Virus record (IMG/VR): IMGVR_UViG_3300027708_000078
Span: 1-61,468 of that record
Length of the DNA stretch: 61,468 nucleotides
Reading direction: 5' to 3' (one strand)
DNA from: a virus
Taxonomy: Duplodnaviria > Caudoviricetes
Both the position numbers and the translations under genes were made by a program. This document shows, piece after piece, positions 1 through 9,926 of the stretch; the stretch's first letter is position 1, and the number at the start of each line of letters is the position of its first letter. Below the pieces are notes generated by a model. It saw nothing but the letters and a program-made list of their open reading frames with translations, had not been told where the DNA came from and did no database searches.

Positions 1-2
1 GG

Positions 3-797
3 AAGAATAGAATTATAGTATCAACAGGTGGAACAACAACATTCACAGGTGATACTAATGGTAGTACAGTTTTATCTGTATCAGGTACAAATGGTAATTT
101 ATTATCAGTTGTTGATACTAATACGGGGACATTATTAGAAGTTTTAGATAGTTCAAATAATTTTATATTCCAGGTTGGAACCGTAGATAAAATAAAAATA
201 TCAGGTCTTACTCAATCAACTGACCCAAATGTATTAACAATTGATTCATCGGGTATCGTTCATACGTATCCAATATCAAGTATTGGTTTTACTGGAGGTA
301 CGGTTAATGGTGCAACAAATTTTACAAGTGGTGTAACTGCAAATACATTAACCGTATCTGCGGCAACAAACCCTGTTAAATTTGTAGGATTACAAAGTGC
401 TTCAGACACATCATTATTAACCGTAGATGGAACGGGTGTTGTTCATACAGCATCAACATCATCAATAGGTGGTTTAACATGGAACAATGCAACAACGGCG
501 CAAACGGCGTCTGTTAGTAACGGATACGTTGGAACTGCAACAACATTAACTACAATAACATTACCAACAGGTGCAACATTTGGAACTATAATAGAAGTCG
601 TTGGTACAGGTACAGGACTTTGGAGAATATCACAAAACGCAAATCAATTTATAAAATTTGGTATAACAGGTACAACAACAGGTGTAACAGGATATTTATC
701 AGCAACATCACAATATGATTGTGTTAAACTATTGTGTACGAGTGCAAGCACTGCGTTTGTGGTTACATCGGCAATAGGAAATATATTTTATAACTAA
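3..797 (+). CDS. 5'-truncated Thr/Gly/Ser-rich tail fibre-like protein (not in ORF track)
   Basis: Manual translation: open frame from base 3 (KNRIIVSTGGTTTFTGDTNG...) to TAA at 795-797 (...VVTSAIGNIFYN), with no Met inside the window. Composition is beta-strand rich and fibre-like; it ends 3 nt before the next gene. Confidence 0.7.
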   Translation, partial: KNRIIVSTGGTTTFTGDTNGSTVLSVSGTNGNLLSVVDTNTGTLLEVLDSSNNFIFQVGTVDKIKISGLTQSTDPNVLTIDSSGIVHTYPISSIGFTGGTVNGATNFTSGVTANTLTVSAATNPVKFVGLQSASDTSLLTVDGTGVVHTASTSSIGGLTWNNATTAQTASVSNGYVGTATTLTTITLPTGATFGTIIEVVGTGTGLWRISQNANQFIKFGITGTTTGVTGYLSATSQYDCVKLLCTSASTAFVVTSAIGNIFYN

Positions 798-800
798 TCT

Positions 801-1790
801 ATGGCAGGAATTATTAATAGTATAAACGAAGTCACGGACGTTAAGATTTATACAGGTGGTACAAACACTTGGACTAAACCAACGGGCGTACAATTTGTTT
901 ATGTTGTCTGTATTGGAGGTGGTGGAGGTGGAGGTGGTGGAGGTGCAACAACAGGTGCCGCATTTAGAATGGGTGGCGGTGGAGGTGGAGGTGGTGCAAT
1001 ATCATCAAGATTGTATTCTGCGTCTGATTTATCAACAACTGAAACTGTTATTGTTGCATCAGGCGGAACAGGTGGTAATGGTGGTGCTCCAACAAATACG
1101 GGTCAAGTAGGTTCCGTAGGAGGAAACTCAACGTTTAGTTCGGGAAATAATTTATTGACCGCATTTGGCGGTGGCGGTGGTGCTGGTGGAAGAATTAGTG
1201 GTGTTATTAGTTCAGGTGGTGGAGGTGGTGGTACTGCAAGTGTGGGTACAAATGGTGCCGGCGCTGCCGTTGCGGGAGGAAACCCTGCGGGATTATCGGT
1301 AACTGTTTTATCAATTGGTGGTACAGGTGGAGCAGGTACTGCGGCAACTCCCGGTGGTGGTTCTGCAGAATACGGAGGTGCTGGAGGAGGGGGGAGTTCA
1401 TCAACTGCGGCGAATTTTTCAGGTGGATGTTCATTATATGGTGGTGCCGGTGGTGGGTCAGGTGGAGGTACAAATAACGTACCAACGGCTTATGATGCAC
1501 AACCAGGAGGAAGTTCGGGTGTTTATGCTGGTGTGACAGGTGGTTCTTTTGGAACTAGTGGAGTCTCACCAACATTAGGAGGTAACGGAACAAGTAGAGT
1601 TGGATATGGTTGTGGTGACGGAGGTGGTGGAGGTGGTGGAAGTGCAACTGCAAGTACATCAGGTAGAAATGGTGGAAATGGTGGTTCACCTGGAGGAGGT
1701 GGTGGAGGAGGTGGTGGAGGTACAAATGCCGGTTCAGGTGGTGCCGGAGGAACAGGTGGTGTAGGTGAAGTTAGAGTTTATTCTTGGTAA
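801..1790 (+). CDS. glycine-rich domain protein (polyglycine adhesin/fibre-tip-like), paralog 1
   Basis: TWTKPTG.xFVYVVCIGGGGGGG start, repeated GGGGG tracts, C-terminal GEVRVYSW. Confidence 0.75.
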   Translation: MAGIINSINEVTDVKIYTGGTNTWTKPTGVQFVYVVCIGGGGGGGGGGATTGAAFRMGGGGGGGGAISSRLYSASDLSTTETVIVASGGTGGNGGAPTNTGQVGSVGGNSTFSSGNNLLTAFGGGGGAGGRISGVISSGGGGGGTASVGTNGAGAAVAGGNPAGLSVTVLSIGGTGGAGTAATPGGGSAEYGGAGGGGSSSTAANFSGGCSLYGGAGGGSGGGTNNVPTAYDAQPGGSSGVYAGVTGGSFGTSGVSPTLGGNGTSRVGYGCGDGGGGGGGSATASTSGRNGGNGGSPGGGGGGGGGGTNAGSGGAGGTGGVGEVRVYSW

Positions 1791-1800
1791 AATTTAATAT

Positions 1801-2781
1801 ATGGGAATTTTTAATATAAATGCGGTTAATAGTGCGTTAGACGTACAGATATTTACAACGACAGGTAATTCAACTTGGACGAAACCAACGGGTGCAAAGT
1901 TTGTATATGTTGTTTGTATAGGTGCGGGTGGAGGTGCTGGAGGTGGTGGTTCAAGAGTGTTAAATAGTAACACAAAAGGTGGTGGTGGAGGTGGTGGAGG
2001 AGCTTACGCATATAAAATGATTACTGCGTCTGATTTACCTACAACAGTAACTGTATTTGTCGCATCAGGAGGAACAGGAGGTGCTGGAGGTACAACTGCG
2101 GCAGGTTCAAATGGAACTGTCGGCGGTAACACAACTTTTGGTACGGGAACTACAACATATCTTACAGCATATGGTGGTGGAAATGGTCAAGGAGGTGCGG
2201 CAAATGGTGCTGCAACCGCGGCCGGTGGAGGAGGAGGAACAGGTAGTGCTGGTGCGTTAGGTGCAGGTGCAAATCCAGGCGCAACTACAACAAACGCTGC
2301 AATTGCGGGACAAGGAGCTTTTGCAGCCTCAAACCCTATTGCAGGAAATGCCGAATATGGTGGAGCTGGTGGGGGTTCGATTAGTTCAGGGGCGGTAGTG
2401 GTTGGCGGAGGAAGCTCAACATATGGAGGTGCTGGAGGAGGTTCAGGTGCAAGTTCTTCAGGTGTTGCAAACTCTGATGCATCAGCTGGTGGTACGTCAG
2501 GTTCATATACTGCGGGTGGTGGAGGAGCTTTTGGGACAAGTGCACCTGCGGTTGCGGGAACAAGCGGAACATCAAGGAGTTCAGGTTCAAGATGTGGTGA
2601 CGGTGGTGGTGGTGGAGGTGGTCCTGTATTTAGTAGTGGAGTTGGTGCAAGTGGTGCCAACGGAGGAAATGGCGGTAATCCCGGTGGTGGTGGAGGTGGT
2701 GGAGGATTTGCAGTAAGTCCTGGTACAGGAGGAACGGGTGGAAATGGTGGTAGAGGCGAAATAAGAGTATATACTTGGTAA
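1801..2781 (+). CDS. glycine-rich domain protein, paralog 2
   Basis: Same architecture: TWTKPTGAKFVYVVCIGAGGG ... GEIRVYTW. Confidence 0.75.
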   Translation: MGIFNINAVNSALDVQIFTTTGNSTWTKPTGAKFVYVVCIGAGGGAGGGGSRVLNSNTKGGGGGGGGAYAYKMITASDLPTTVTVFVASGGTGGAGGTTAAGSNGTVGGNTTFGTGTTTYLTAYGGGNGQGGAANGAATAAGGGGGTGSAGALGAGANPGATTTNAAIAGQGAFAASNPIAGNAEYGGAGGGSISSGAVVVGGGSSTYGGAGGGSGASSSGVANSDASAGGTSGSYTAGGGGAFGTSAPAVAGTSGTSRSSGSRCGDGGGGGGGPVFSSGVGASGANGGNGGNPGGGGGGGGFAVSPGTGGTGGNGGRGEIRVYTW

Positions 2782-2793
2782 AATAATTAATTT

Positions 2794-3789
2794 ATGGCAG
2801 TTAACAATATTATAAACGAAGCGAGTGATGTTCAAACTTTTACAGGAACAGGTGTAAACACTTGGGTAAAACCTACGGGTTGTAAATTTGTATATGTGGT
2901 TTGTGTTGGTGCTGGCGGTGGTGGTGGAGGAGCTAGTGCGGGTGGTTCCACAATATCAAGAGCTGGTGGTAGTGGAGGAGGTGGCGGAGCAATATCATCA
3001 AGATTATATAACGCAAATAATTTAAGTGCAACTGAAACTGTATCTGTTGGTTCGGGTGGTACTGCTGGCACAGGAGCAGTTTCTGCTTCAGGTGCGACAA
3101 CTGATGGAGGAGGTGGAAATAATTCAACATTCAGTAGTGGAAATACTTTACTAACATCATACGGAGGAGGTGGAGGGTATAGAGGATTAATAAATGTAAC
3201 GTATCAAGCAAACGGCGGTGGAGGTGGTGGTACAGGGAGTGCAGGCTCAACGGGGGCATCAGGAGTAACTGGAACTGGTGGAGTCGGAGGTTATCCAGGC
3301 GCCGCAGTTGCTTTGGCAATTGGGGGTCACGGTGCGGATGCAAATAATACAGTAACCATTGGTGCTCGTTGTGGTGAATATGGTGGTGGTGCAGGAGGGT
3401 ACGTCAATACCTCCGGAGGTAATATTCTTTGGGCGGGAGGAGGTTCAATTTTTGGGGGTGCGGGTGGAGGTGGAGGAGATTCTTTAGTTGTTGGAAATTC
3501 GGGAGTAGGTCCAACTGCGGGTGGTGGTGTAGGTTCTTATACTTTTGGAGGTGGGGGTGATGCAGGTACATCAAATGTAAGTGGTGGTACAGGCATAGAT
3601 GGAAATTCAACGAAATGTGGTTCAGGTGGCGGAGGTGGTGGTTCAAGTTTTACCGGGACACAAATAGGTAGAAATGGTGGAAATGGTGGTAATCCCGGTG
3701 GAGGTGGAGGCGGTGGTGGTGCGGGTGTTCTTGGAGGAGGAAACGGAGGTACAGGAGGTAGAGGAGAAGTTAGGGTTTACTCTTGGTAA
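2794..3789 (+). CDS. glycine-rich domain protein, paralog 3
   Basis: Same architecture: TWVKPTGCKFVYVVCVGAGGG ... GEVRVYSW. Confidence 0.75.
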   Translation: MAVNNIINEASDVQTFTGTGVNTWVKPTGCKFVYVVCVGAGGGGGGASAGGSTISRAGGSGGGGGAISSRLYNANNLSATETVSVGSGGTAGTGAVSASGATTDGGGGNNSTFSSGNTLLTSYGGGGGYRGLINVTYQANGGGGGGTGSAGSTGASGVTGTGGVGGYPGAAVALAIGGHGADANNTVTIGARCGEYGGGAGGYVNTSGGNILWAGGGSIFGGAGGGGGDSLVVGNSGVGPTAGGGVGSYTFGGGGDAGTSNVSGGTGIDGNSTKCGSGGGGGGSSFTGTQIGRNGGNGGNPGGGGGGGGAGVLGGGNGGTGGRGEVRVYSW

Positions 3790-3809
3790 TAAAATTTTAT
3801 AATAAAACT

Positions 3810-4124
3810 ATGGCAACATACTTAAAAATAAAACCATATTCAGTTTCAAATGACCAAGGATATGGTTTTGCAAACGCAATCTATTGGGTTGTGTCGGAAC
3901 TATATAGAGGTGATGAGAACGCTAAATTATTTTGTAATTTGGTAAATGTTTCTATTAGACAAATTCCCGATGAAAACGGAATATTACAAGATATTGAATT
4001 TATATCACCATCTCTTATGGACTTTCAAATGGATATAACAAAAGAAATGTTGGATGCTTGGGGTCCTGATAGTATAATTGATGATTTTGTATTGTCTTAC
4101 GATTCAAATTTTGAAAAAGAATAA
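3810..4124 (+). CDS. hypothetical protein (possible fibre assembly chaperone)
   Basis: ATG at 3810 after an A-rich leader is more plausible than the track start at 3783; small acidic protein directly after fibre genes. Confidence 0.55.
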   Translation: MATYLKIKPYSVSNDQGYGFANAIYWVVSELYRGDENAKLFCNLVNVSIRQIPDENGILQDIEFISPSLMDFQMDITKEMLDAWGPDSIIDDFVLSYDSNFEKE

Positions 4125-4166
4125 ACTATTTATTTTTTTAAAGTATTTATTAATAAAATTAATATT

Positions 4167-5951
4167 ATGGCTTGCAAAAAATATAACATAGTAAATAGTG
4201 GAGGTTCTGCAATATATTTCAACTATCAAAGATGTAATGATTCAATTTGGGAATATCAAGAATCATTAATGCCCGGAGAAAGTAAAAACTTATGGGTAAT
4301 TCCTGGAACATTTTCTTCCCCATTTAATACGTCTAATTTTCAACTAACAGATGAGGGAGTATTTCCTCCTGTTCCACTATCACCAACACCTTCAAAATCA
4401 CCTGTAACACCAACTCCAACGCCGACAAATACTGAAACTCCAACTCCAACGCCGACAAATACTGAAACTCCAACACAAACACCAACACAAACAAATACTG
4501 AAACACCAACACAAACACCAACTCAAACACAGACTCCAACAAATACTGAAACACCAACTCAAACACCAACTCAAACTACAACACAAACACCAAGTCCAAC
4601 TCCACCACCACCATTTATTAGTATTTGGACCACATCAACTAATGGCGATACGGTAACCTTACCTTTGGAATCAACAGGTACTTATTCTTTTACAGTTGAT
4701 TGGGGCGATGGTTCTATGTTAGATATAATAATGGCTTGGGATGACATGGCGGTAACTCATACATATACAACACAAGGTACATATACCGTAACAATACACG
4801 GAACAATTAATGGATTTACTTTTAATAATGGAGGAGATTGTTTAAAATTAATTGAAATAACTCAGTGGGGTTCTCTTAAATTAGGTAATAGTGGTGGATA
4901 TTTTTATGGATGTAATAACTTAATATTAAGTTCTGTTGTTGACACATTAAATTTAGTCGGAACAACTAATTTATCCAATATGTTTACAAATTGTTATTCA
5001 TTATCAACAATTCAAAATATATCAAATTGGGATGTTTCAAACGTTCAAAATATGTATTGGATGTTTACTAACGCATCATCATTCAATTCAGATATATCAA
5101 ATTGGATTGTTAGTGGTGTTACTAATATGTCACATATGTTTTCTAGCACACCGTATAACAATCCTTTGAGCGGATGGAACGTTTCAAACGTACAAAATAT
5201 GTCTAGTATGTTTTCTAGTTCTTTTTTCGATAGTGATATTAGTGGGTGGGATGTTTCTAATGTTCAGGATATGTCTAGTATGTTTAGTTATTCACAGTTT
5301 AATCAATCTATTAACAATTGGGGTACTCGTCTTGGAAATGTAACTAATATGTCTGGTATGTTTGATACCGCATATAATTTTAATCAGCCCCTTGATAACT
5401 GGAACGTTCAATATGTACAAGATATGAATAATATGTTTGCAAATGAAACACAATTTAACCTACCATTAAGTGCTTGGAATGTAGGGTATTGCACAAACTT
5501 TACAGGTTTTATGTCGGGTAAAGATAGTACTAACTATAGTACTCAAAATATTAGTACATTATTACAAAGTTGGAGTAGTCAAGGTTTACAACCATCTGTT
5601 GTTTTAGATTTAGGTAATATTGATATTCTTGATACGGACTTATCGTATATTTCAACATTACAGGGTAAGGGATGGACGGTTATTTATGGTAATGTAATTT
5701 ACACTTATAGTGCAGGATATGATGTGTCTAATCCAACAAACGCTTGTTCTGCGACACCATCAATATATTATTCTTCAGCATCAACTTTATCAAATTTGGG
5801 ATATATATTTACTGACACAACGTATACAACACCAGCACCTAACGGAGTTTATTGTTTAACTTGTCCAAATAATAGTGGAATTGAAACATTTTCAATTAAT
5901 TCATCATTAGCAAACCCAGGGCAACTTTTTTCTGTAACCACTTGTCCTTAA
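4167..5951 (+). CDS. BspA/DUF285-type leucine-rich-repeat surface protein with Pro/Thr linker and PKD-like domain
   Basis: About 25-aa repeats W(D/N)VSNV(Q/T)(N/D)MxxMF...FN; PKD-like YSFTVDWGDG...THTY...GTYTVTI; N-terminal PTPT/QTPT tract. Confidence 0.85.
   Translation: MACKKYNIVNSGGSAIYFNYQRCNDSIWEYQESLMPGESKNLWVIPGTFSSPFNTSNFQLTDEGVFPPVPLSPTPSKSPVTPTPTPTNTETPTPTPTNTETPTQTPTQTNTETPTQTPTQTQTPTNTETPTQTPTQTTTQTPSPTPPPPFISIWTTSTNGDTVTLPLESTGTYSFTVDWGDGSMLDIIMAWDDMAVTHTYTTQGTYTVTIHGTINGFTFNNGGDCLKLIEITQWGSLKLGNSGGYFYGCNNLILSSVVDTLNLVGTTNLSNMFTNCYSLSTIQNISNWDVSNVQNMYWMFTNASSFNSDISNWIVSGVTNMSHMFSSTPYNNPLSGWNVSNVQNMSSMFSSSFFDSDISGWDVSNVQDMSSMFSYSQFNQSINNWGTRLGNVTNMSGMFDTAYNFNQPLDNWNVQYVQDMNNMFANETQFNLPLSAWNVGYCTNFTGFMSGKDSTNYSTQNISTLLQSWSSQGLQPSVVLDLGNIDILDTDLSYISTLQGKGWTVIYGNVIYTYSAGYDVSNPTNACSATPSIYYSSASTLSNLGYIFTDTTYTTPAPNGVYCLTCPNNSGIETFSINSSLANPGQLFSVTTCP
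4370..4612 (+). repeat. Pro/Thr (mucin-like) coding repeat
   Basis: Tandem units such as ccaactccaacgccgacaaatactgaaact (x2) encoding PTPTPTNTET/QTPT. Confidence 0.9.
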
Positions 5952-5973
5952 TTTATAAAAAAATATTTTCAAT

Positions 5974-6008
5974 AAACCCTCCACTTTTGCTGGAGGGTTT
6001 TTATTTTT
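5974..6008 (+). terminator. rho-independent terminator
   Basis: AAACCCTCCA-cttttgc-TGGAGGGTTT followed by a T-tract. Confidence 0.8.
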
Positions 6009-6029
6009 ACTTAAAATTATATAATAATT

Positions 6030-7298
6030 ATGAGCAAAATTTTTATACAAATTGCATCTTATAGAGACCCGCAATTAGTACCAACAATCAAAGATATGTT
6101 GGCAAATGCGAAAAAACCAAAAAATTTAGTTTTCAGTATTGCAAGACAATACTCGGAAACAGATGGTTTTGATAATTTAGATGAGTGGAGAAATGATAAG
6201 AGATTTAAAATATTAGACATTCCTTATCAAGAGGCCAAAGGAGTTTGTTGGGCGAGAAATCTGACACAACAACTTTATGATGGCGAGGAATATACACTTC
6301 AAATTGATTCTCATATGAGAACTGTTAAAGATTGGGATGATATTCTAATTAAGATGGTTAAGGGTCTTCAAAAGGATGGTTATCCTAAACCTTTACTTAC
6401 GGGTTATGTTCCATCCTTTGACCCTGACAACGACCCTCAAGCAAGAGCTCAAGAGCCTTGGAGAATGGTGTTTGATAGATTTATTCCTGAAGGTGCGGTA
6501 TTCTTTTTACCTGAAACAATTCCAGGTTGGAAAGATGTTAAAAAACCTGTTACATCAAGATTTTATTCTGCCCACTTCTGTTTTACGTTAGGACAATTCT
6601 CAACAGAAGTTCAACACAATCCTGAATATTATTTCCACGGAGAAGAAATTTCAATCGCAGCAAGAGCATATACTTGGGGTTATGATTTATTCCATCCTCA
6701 TATTCCTGTATTTTTCCACGAATACACTCGTAAGGGTAGAACAAAACAATGGGATGACGATAAAGATTGGGGTAAGAAAAATTCAATCTCACATCTAACA
6801 AATAGAAAATTATTTGGTATGGATGGGGAGACTCAGGAAGGCCACGATGGTCAATATGGTTTTGGTGCGATTAGAACACTTAGAGATTATGAAATCTATT
6901 CAGGATTATTATTTAGTGAAAGAGCAATTCAGCAGTGGACAATAGATAAAAATTATCCTCCAAATCCTTATGAATTTAATAATGAACAGGAATGGAAAGA
7001 TAGTTTTGCAAAAATATACAAACACTGTATTGATGTTGGGTACACTCAAGTTCCTGAAAAAGATTATGATTTTTGGGTTGTTGCATTTCACGGAGAAGAT
7101 GATGAGACTTTATTCAGAAAAGATTCTGACAAAAATGAAATTGATTCTTACTTCAGAGACCCTGACGGATATTGTAAAGTTTGGAGAGAATTTCAAACAA
7201 CACATATGCCAAAATATTGGGTGGTATGGCCTCACTCAGAATCAAAAGGGTGGTGTGAAAGAATCACAGGTCAACTAAACCATAACATTATTAGTTAA
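6030..7298 (+). CDS. GT60-like polypeptide/hydroxyproline alpha-GlcNAc transferase (Skp1 Gnt1-like)
   Basis: IFIQIASYRDPQL..TI, GVCWAR, LQIDSHMR..WD, F.GEEISIAARAYTWGYDLF motifs. Confidence 0.8.
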   Translation: MSKIFIQIASYRDPQLVPTIKDMLANAKKPKNLVFSIARQYSETDGFDNLDEWRNDKRFKILDIPYQEAKGVCWARNLTQQLYDGEEYTLQIDSHMRTVKDWDDILIKMVKGLQKDGYPKPLLTGYVPSFDPDNDPQARAQEPWRMVFDRFIPEGAVFFLPETIPGWKDVKKPVTSRFYSAHFCFTLGQFSTEVQHNPEYYFHGEEISIAARAYTWGYDLFHPHIPVFFHEYTRKGRTKQWDDDKDWGKKNSISHLTNRKLFGMDGETQEGHDGQYGFGAIRTLRDYEIYSGLLFSERAIQQWTIDKNYPPNPYEFNNEQEWKDSFAKIYKHCIDVGYTQVPEKDYDFWVVAFHGEDDETLFRKDSDKNEIDSYFRDPDGYCKVWREFQTTHMPKYWVVWPHSESKGWCERITGQLNHNIIS

Positions 7299-7301
7299 CA
7301 A

Positions 7302-8027
7302 ATGGTTACTTGGGATGGTGTTAAAATTGCGGATAGTGGATTTTTAATTAATCTTGAAGAAAGAAAAGATAGGTTAGAGGAATCTTTAAAAGAATTTGAC
7401 AAGAATAATATTGTTGGTGTTGAGAGATTTAAAGCGGTCAAAATTACCGAAGATAGTGAGTTAGGTTGGAAAATAAGAGGGTGTACTCATAGTCATTTGG
7501 AAATTTTAAAAAAACAAGTTGAAAATAATTTTGAAAAAGTAATAATCTTTGAAGATGACTTTTTCTTAGACGTTTGTCAACAAGAAAAATTTGAAATTTC
7601 AGATGATGTTATAAAAAAATTATTTGAATCAAATTTTGATTTGCTTTTTTTAGGTTCTACTTTATTGGAAAAATCAGAACGATATAATGATTTTTTAATA
7701 AAGCCTAACAAATTTGTTCAAGCAACGGTGTATATTACTTCTTTAAAATTTGCAAAATTTGTAATTAATCATTTTAATTATTTGGATAAAAATTCGGTGG
7801 TTTACGGAGAACAGATAGACAGTTATTATAGTTTTTTAGCGACAAAAAACCATTGGAGAATGAACACAAATTTGAAAGGGATAAAAGAACTTTTGGAGCA
7901 TAATTTAAAAATTTATTTTCACTATCCAATACTTTTTAATCAAAGAATGGGGTTTTCTAATATTGAAAATAGATTTACATCTTATTGTGGGTTTAATAAA
8001 TTACAAAATATAAAAAATTATCCTTAA
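7302..8027 (+). CDS. glycosyltransferase family 25
   Basis: INLEERKDR, GCTHSH, IIFEDD motifs. Confidence 0.8.
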   Translation: MVTWDGVKIADSGFLINLEERKDRLEESLKEFDKNNIVGVERFKAVKITEDSELGWKIRGCTHSHLEILKKQVENNFEKVIIFEDDFFLDVCQQEKFEISDDVIKKLFESNFDLLFLGSTLLEKSERYNDFLIKPNKFVQATVYITSLKFAKFVINHFNYLDKNSVVYGEQIDSYYSFLATKNHWRMNTNLKGIKELLEHNLKIYFHYPILFNQRMGFSNIENRFTSYCGFNKLQNIKNYP

Positions 8028-8048
8028 AAGGGATTAGAGAAATTTAAA

Positions 8049-8585
8049 ATGACATTAACCGAAATAGCAAATAAAATAGGTACTGACAAAGGAAATCAAA
8101 ATTTTGAATCCCACTCATATACTGAAATATATGAAAAATACTTTCAAGATATAAAAAATAACCCAATTAAACTTTTAGAAATTGGTGTTTATGACCCAAG
8201 ATTTCCGGGTGCGTCAATACAATTATGGAAAACTTTTTTTTCTGATTTAAAATTAATTGGTTTTGACATCAATCAAGACTCTAAAAAATTTGAAACAAAT
8301 GGTGTTAGTATTTTTATTGGTGACCAAAGTTCTAAAGAAGATTTAAATAAATGTATTGAAACCTATGGTGGTGAATATGACATTATAATTGATGATGGTT
8401 TACATAAACATTCTCATCATATAATAAGTTTTGAAACTCTTATTTCACATTTAAAAAAGGGGGGGTATTATATTATTGAGGACTTACACGCATATGATTG
8501 TTATTTAACAATCGAATGGTTTAAGGAAAATAATTTACCGTATAAATTATATTGTAATAATAAATTATTAATTTATGAAAAATAA
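8049..8585 (+). CDS. class I SAM-dependent methyltransferase (MycE/sugar O-methyltransferase-like)
   Basis: GTDK..HSY..IYE, LLEIGV, GDQS, DIIIDDGLH, GGYYIIEDL. Confidence 0.8.
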   Translation: MTLTEIANKIGTDKGNQNFESHSYTEIYEKYFQDIKNNPIKLLEIGVYDPRFPGASIQLWKTFFSDLKLIGFDINQDSKKFETNGVSIFIGDQSSKEDLNKCIETYGGEYDIIIDDGLHKHSHHIISFETLISHLKKGGYYIIEDLHAYDCYLTIEWFKENNLPYKLYCNNKLLIYEK

Positions 8586-9330
8586 TTTTGACATAGGAAT
8601 AACAACATTTTCATTAAGATATGATTTTGTTGAGAAATTAATTAATAAAATTAGGGAATTAAATATTCCTAATAATATCTTTTTATGTATAAACGGAGAA
8701 AAAGATTCTAATTTTAACGAGGAATATAGAAAAAAAATATTAACGTTGTGTTCATCTCAACCAAATGTATTTCCAATTTTTTTTGTAGAAATGAGGGGGT
8801 TATCCAAAATGTGGAATACATTACTAATACATTCAACTAAAGATGATATTTTATTATTAAATGATGATATTGAGTTAGTTAATGAAAATATGTTTGAGGT
8901 TGTTTCTAATCATATTGAATCTAATGAATATTACGGAATATCTAAAATCAATGGTACCTTTTCATTTTTTGTTGTCAATAAAAATCTTATAGACGAATTA
9001 GGTTATTTTGATGAAAGATTATTAGGGTTTGGCGAAGAAGACGGTGATATAACATATAGAATGTTAGAAAATAGAAATAAAGATGTATATCAATTATATG
9101 TTCAAGGAGTTTATAATATTGTGTCGGACATTAGACACGAACACGTAAAACCTGGCGTGGGTAAATATTCGTTTTTCAACAGAAATTTTACATTTAATTC
9201 TAAATACAATTGTAATAACCCAAAGAGTAATATTTCGGGGATGTTTGGAATGCCTTGTGATAGAGTATTACCTGATATCAATTTATACCCATATGAGAAA
9301 TTTTTTAAAGAAAACAAAAATAATCTATGA
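8575..9330 (+). CDS. GT2-like glycosyltransferase
   Basis: GLSKMWN, LLLNDD, GYFDER..GFGEEDGD. Confidence 0.75.
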   Translation: MKNNFDIGITTFSLRYDFVEKLINKIRELNIPNNIFLCINGEKDSNFNEEYRKKILTLCSSQPNVFPIFFVEMRGLSKMWNTLLIHSTKDDILLLNDDIELVNENMFEVVSNHIESNEYYGISKINGTFSFFVVNKNLIDELGYFDERLLGFGEEDGDITYRMLENRNKDVYQLYVQGVYNIVSDIRHEHVKPGVGKYSFFNRNFTFNSKYNCNNPKSNISGMFGMPCDRVLPDINLYPYEKFFKENKNNL

Positions 9331-9923
9331 TACATTTTATTACTCCATTATACAGATATAATAATATTAAGATTATTTATTCGGCAATTAAAAATCAAGT
9401 AACTGATTTTAACTGGCATTTAATTGAAGGTTCAAATAAAATTGGTGAAGAATCTTTAGATTTTTTAAAATCCGATGAAAGAGTTAAATTTTATAAAATT
9501 GATACTTTCCATCTTTGGGGTCACGAACAAAGAAATTATTTTATTTCTGACATAAAATGTGAAGATAATGATTGGTGTTATTTTTTAGATGATGATAATG
9601 TGGTTACTTGGGATTTAATTAAAACGTATAATGAAGAAAAAGAGACTGATGTTGATTTAGTTTTATTTTCTCAAAAGCAAGGATTAACTGAAAAAGATAG
9701 ATTATGGGGTTATGAAGATAGATTAAGATTAGGTGGTTGTGATATTGGTTCATTTATAATTAGATATAGATTAATTAAAAAAACTTTAATCCCCAATATT
9801 GAATGGAGAAATGCTGATGGTCATTATGCAGAACAAATAAATGGTTTTAGAAATCAACATACTTTTAAATTTTACAGTGATAGATATGTTAGGTATAACT
9901 CACTTTCGTTAGAAATATATTAA
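9327..9923 (+). CDS. GT-A fold glycosyltransferase (GT2/GT43-like)
   Basis: FITPLYR start, EQRN, YFLDDDN (DxD), DIGSF, ADG. Confidence 0.65.
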   Translation: MIHFITPLYRYNNIKIIYSAIKNQVTDFNWHLIEGSNKIGEESLDFLKSDERVKFYKIDTFHLWGHEQRNYFISDIKCEDNDWCYFLDDDNVVTWDLIKTYNEEKETDVDLVLFSQKQGLTEKDRLWGYEDRLRLGGCDIGSFIIRYRLIKKTLIPNIEWRNADGHYAEQINGFRNQHTFKFYSDRYVRYNSLSLEIY

Positions 9924-9926
9924 ACT

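Noticed and set aside
801-3789. Diversity-generating retroelement acting on the Gly-rich paralogs
   Set aside because: No reverse transcriptase in the window, and the paralogs differ throughout rather than at adenines only
856-4586. Alternative-frame and antisense ORFs rich in His, Pro, Val/Glu or Trp/Cys
   Set aside because: Shadows of GGT/GGA glycine repeats and ACA/CCA Pro-Thr repeats in the real genes
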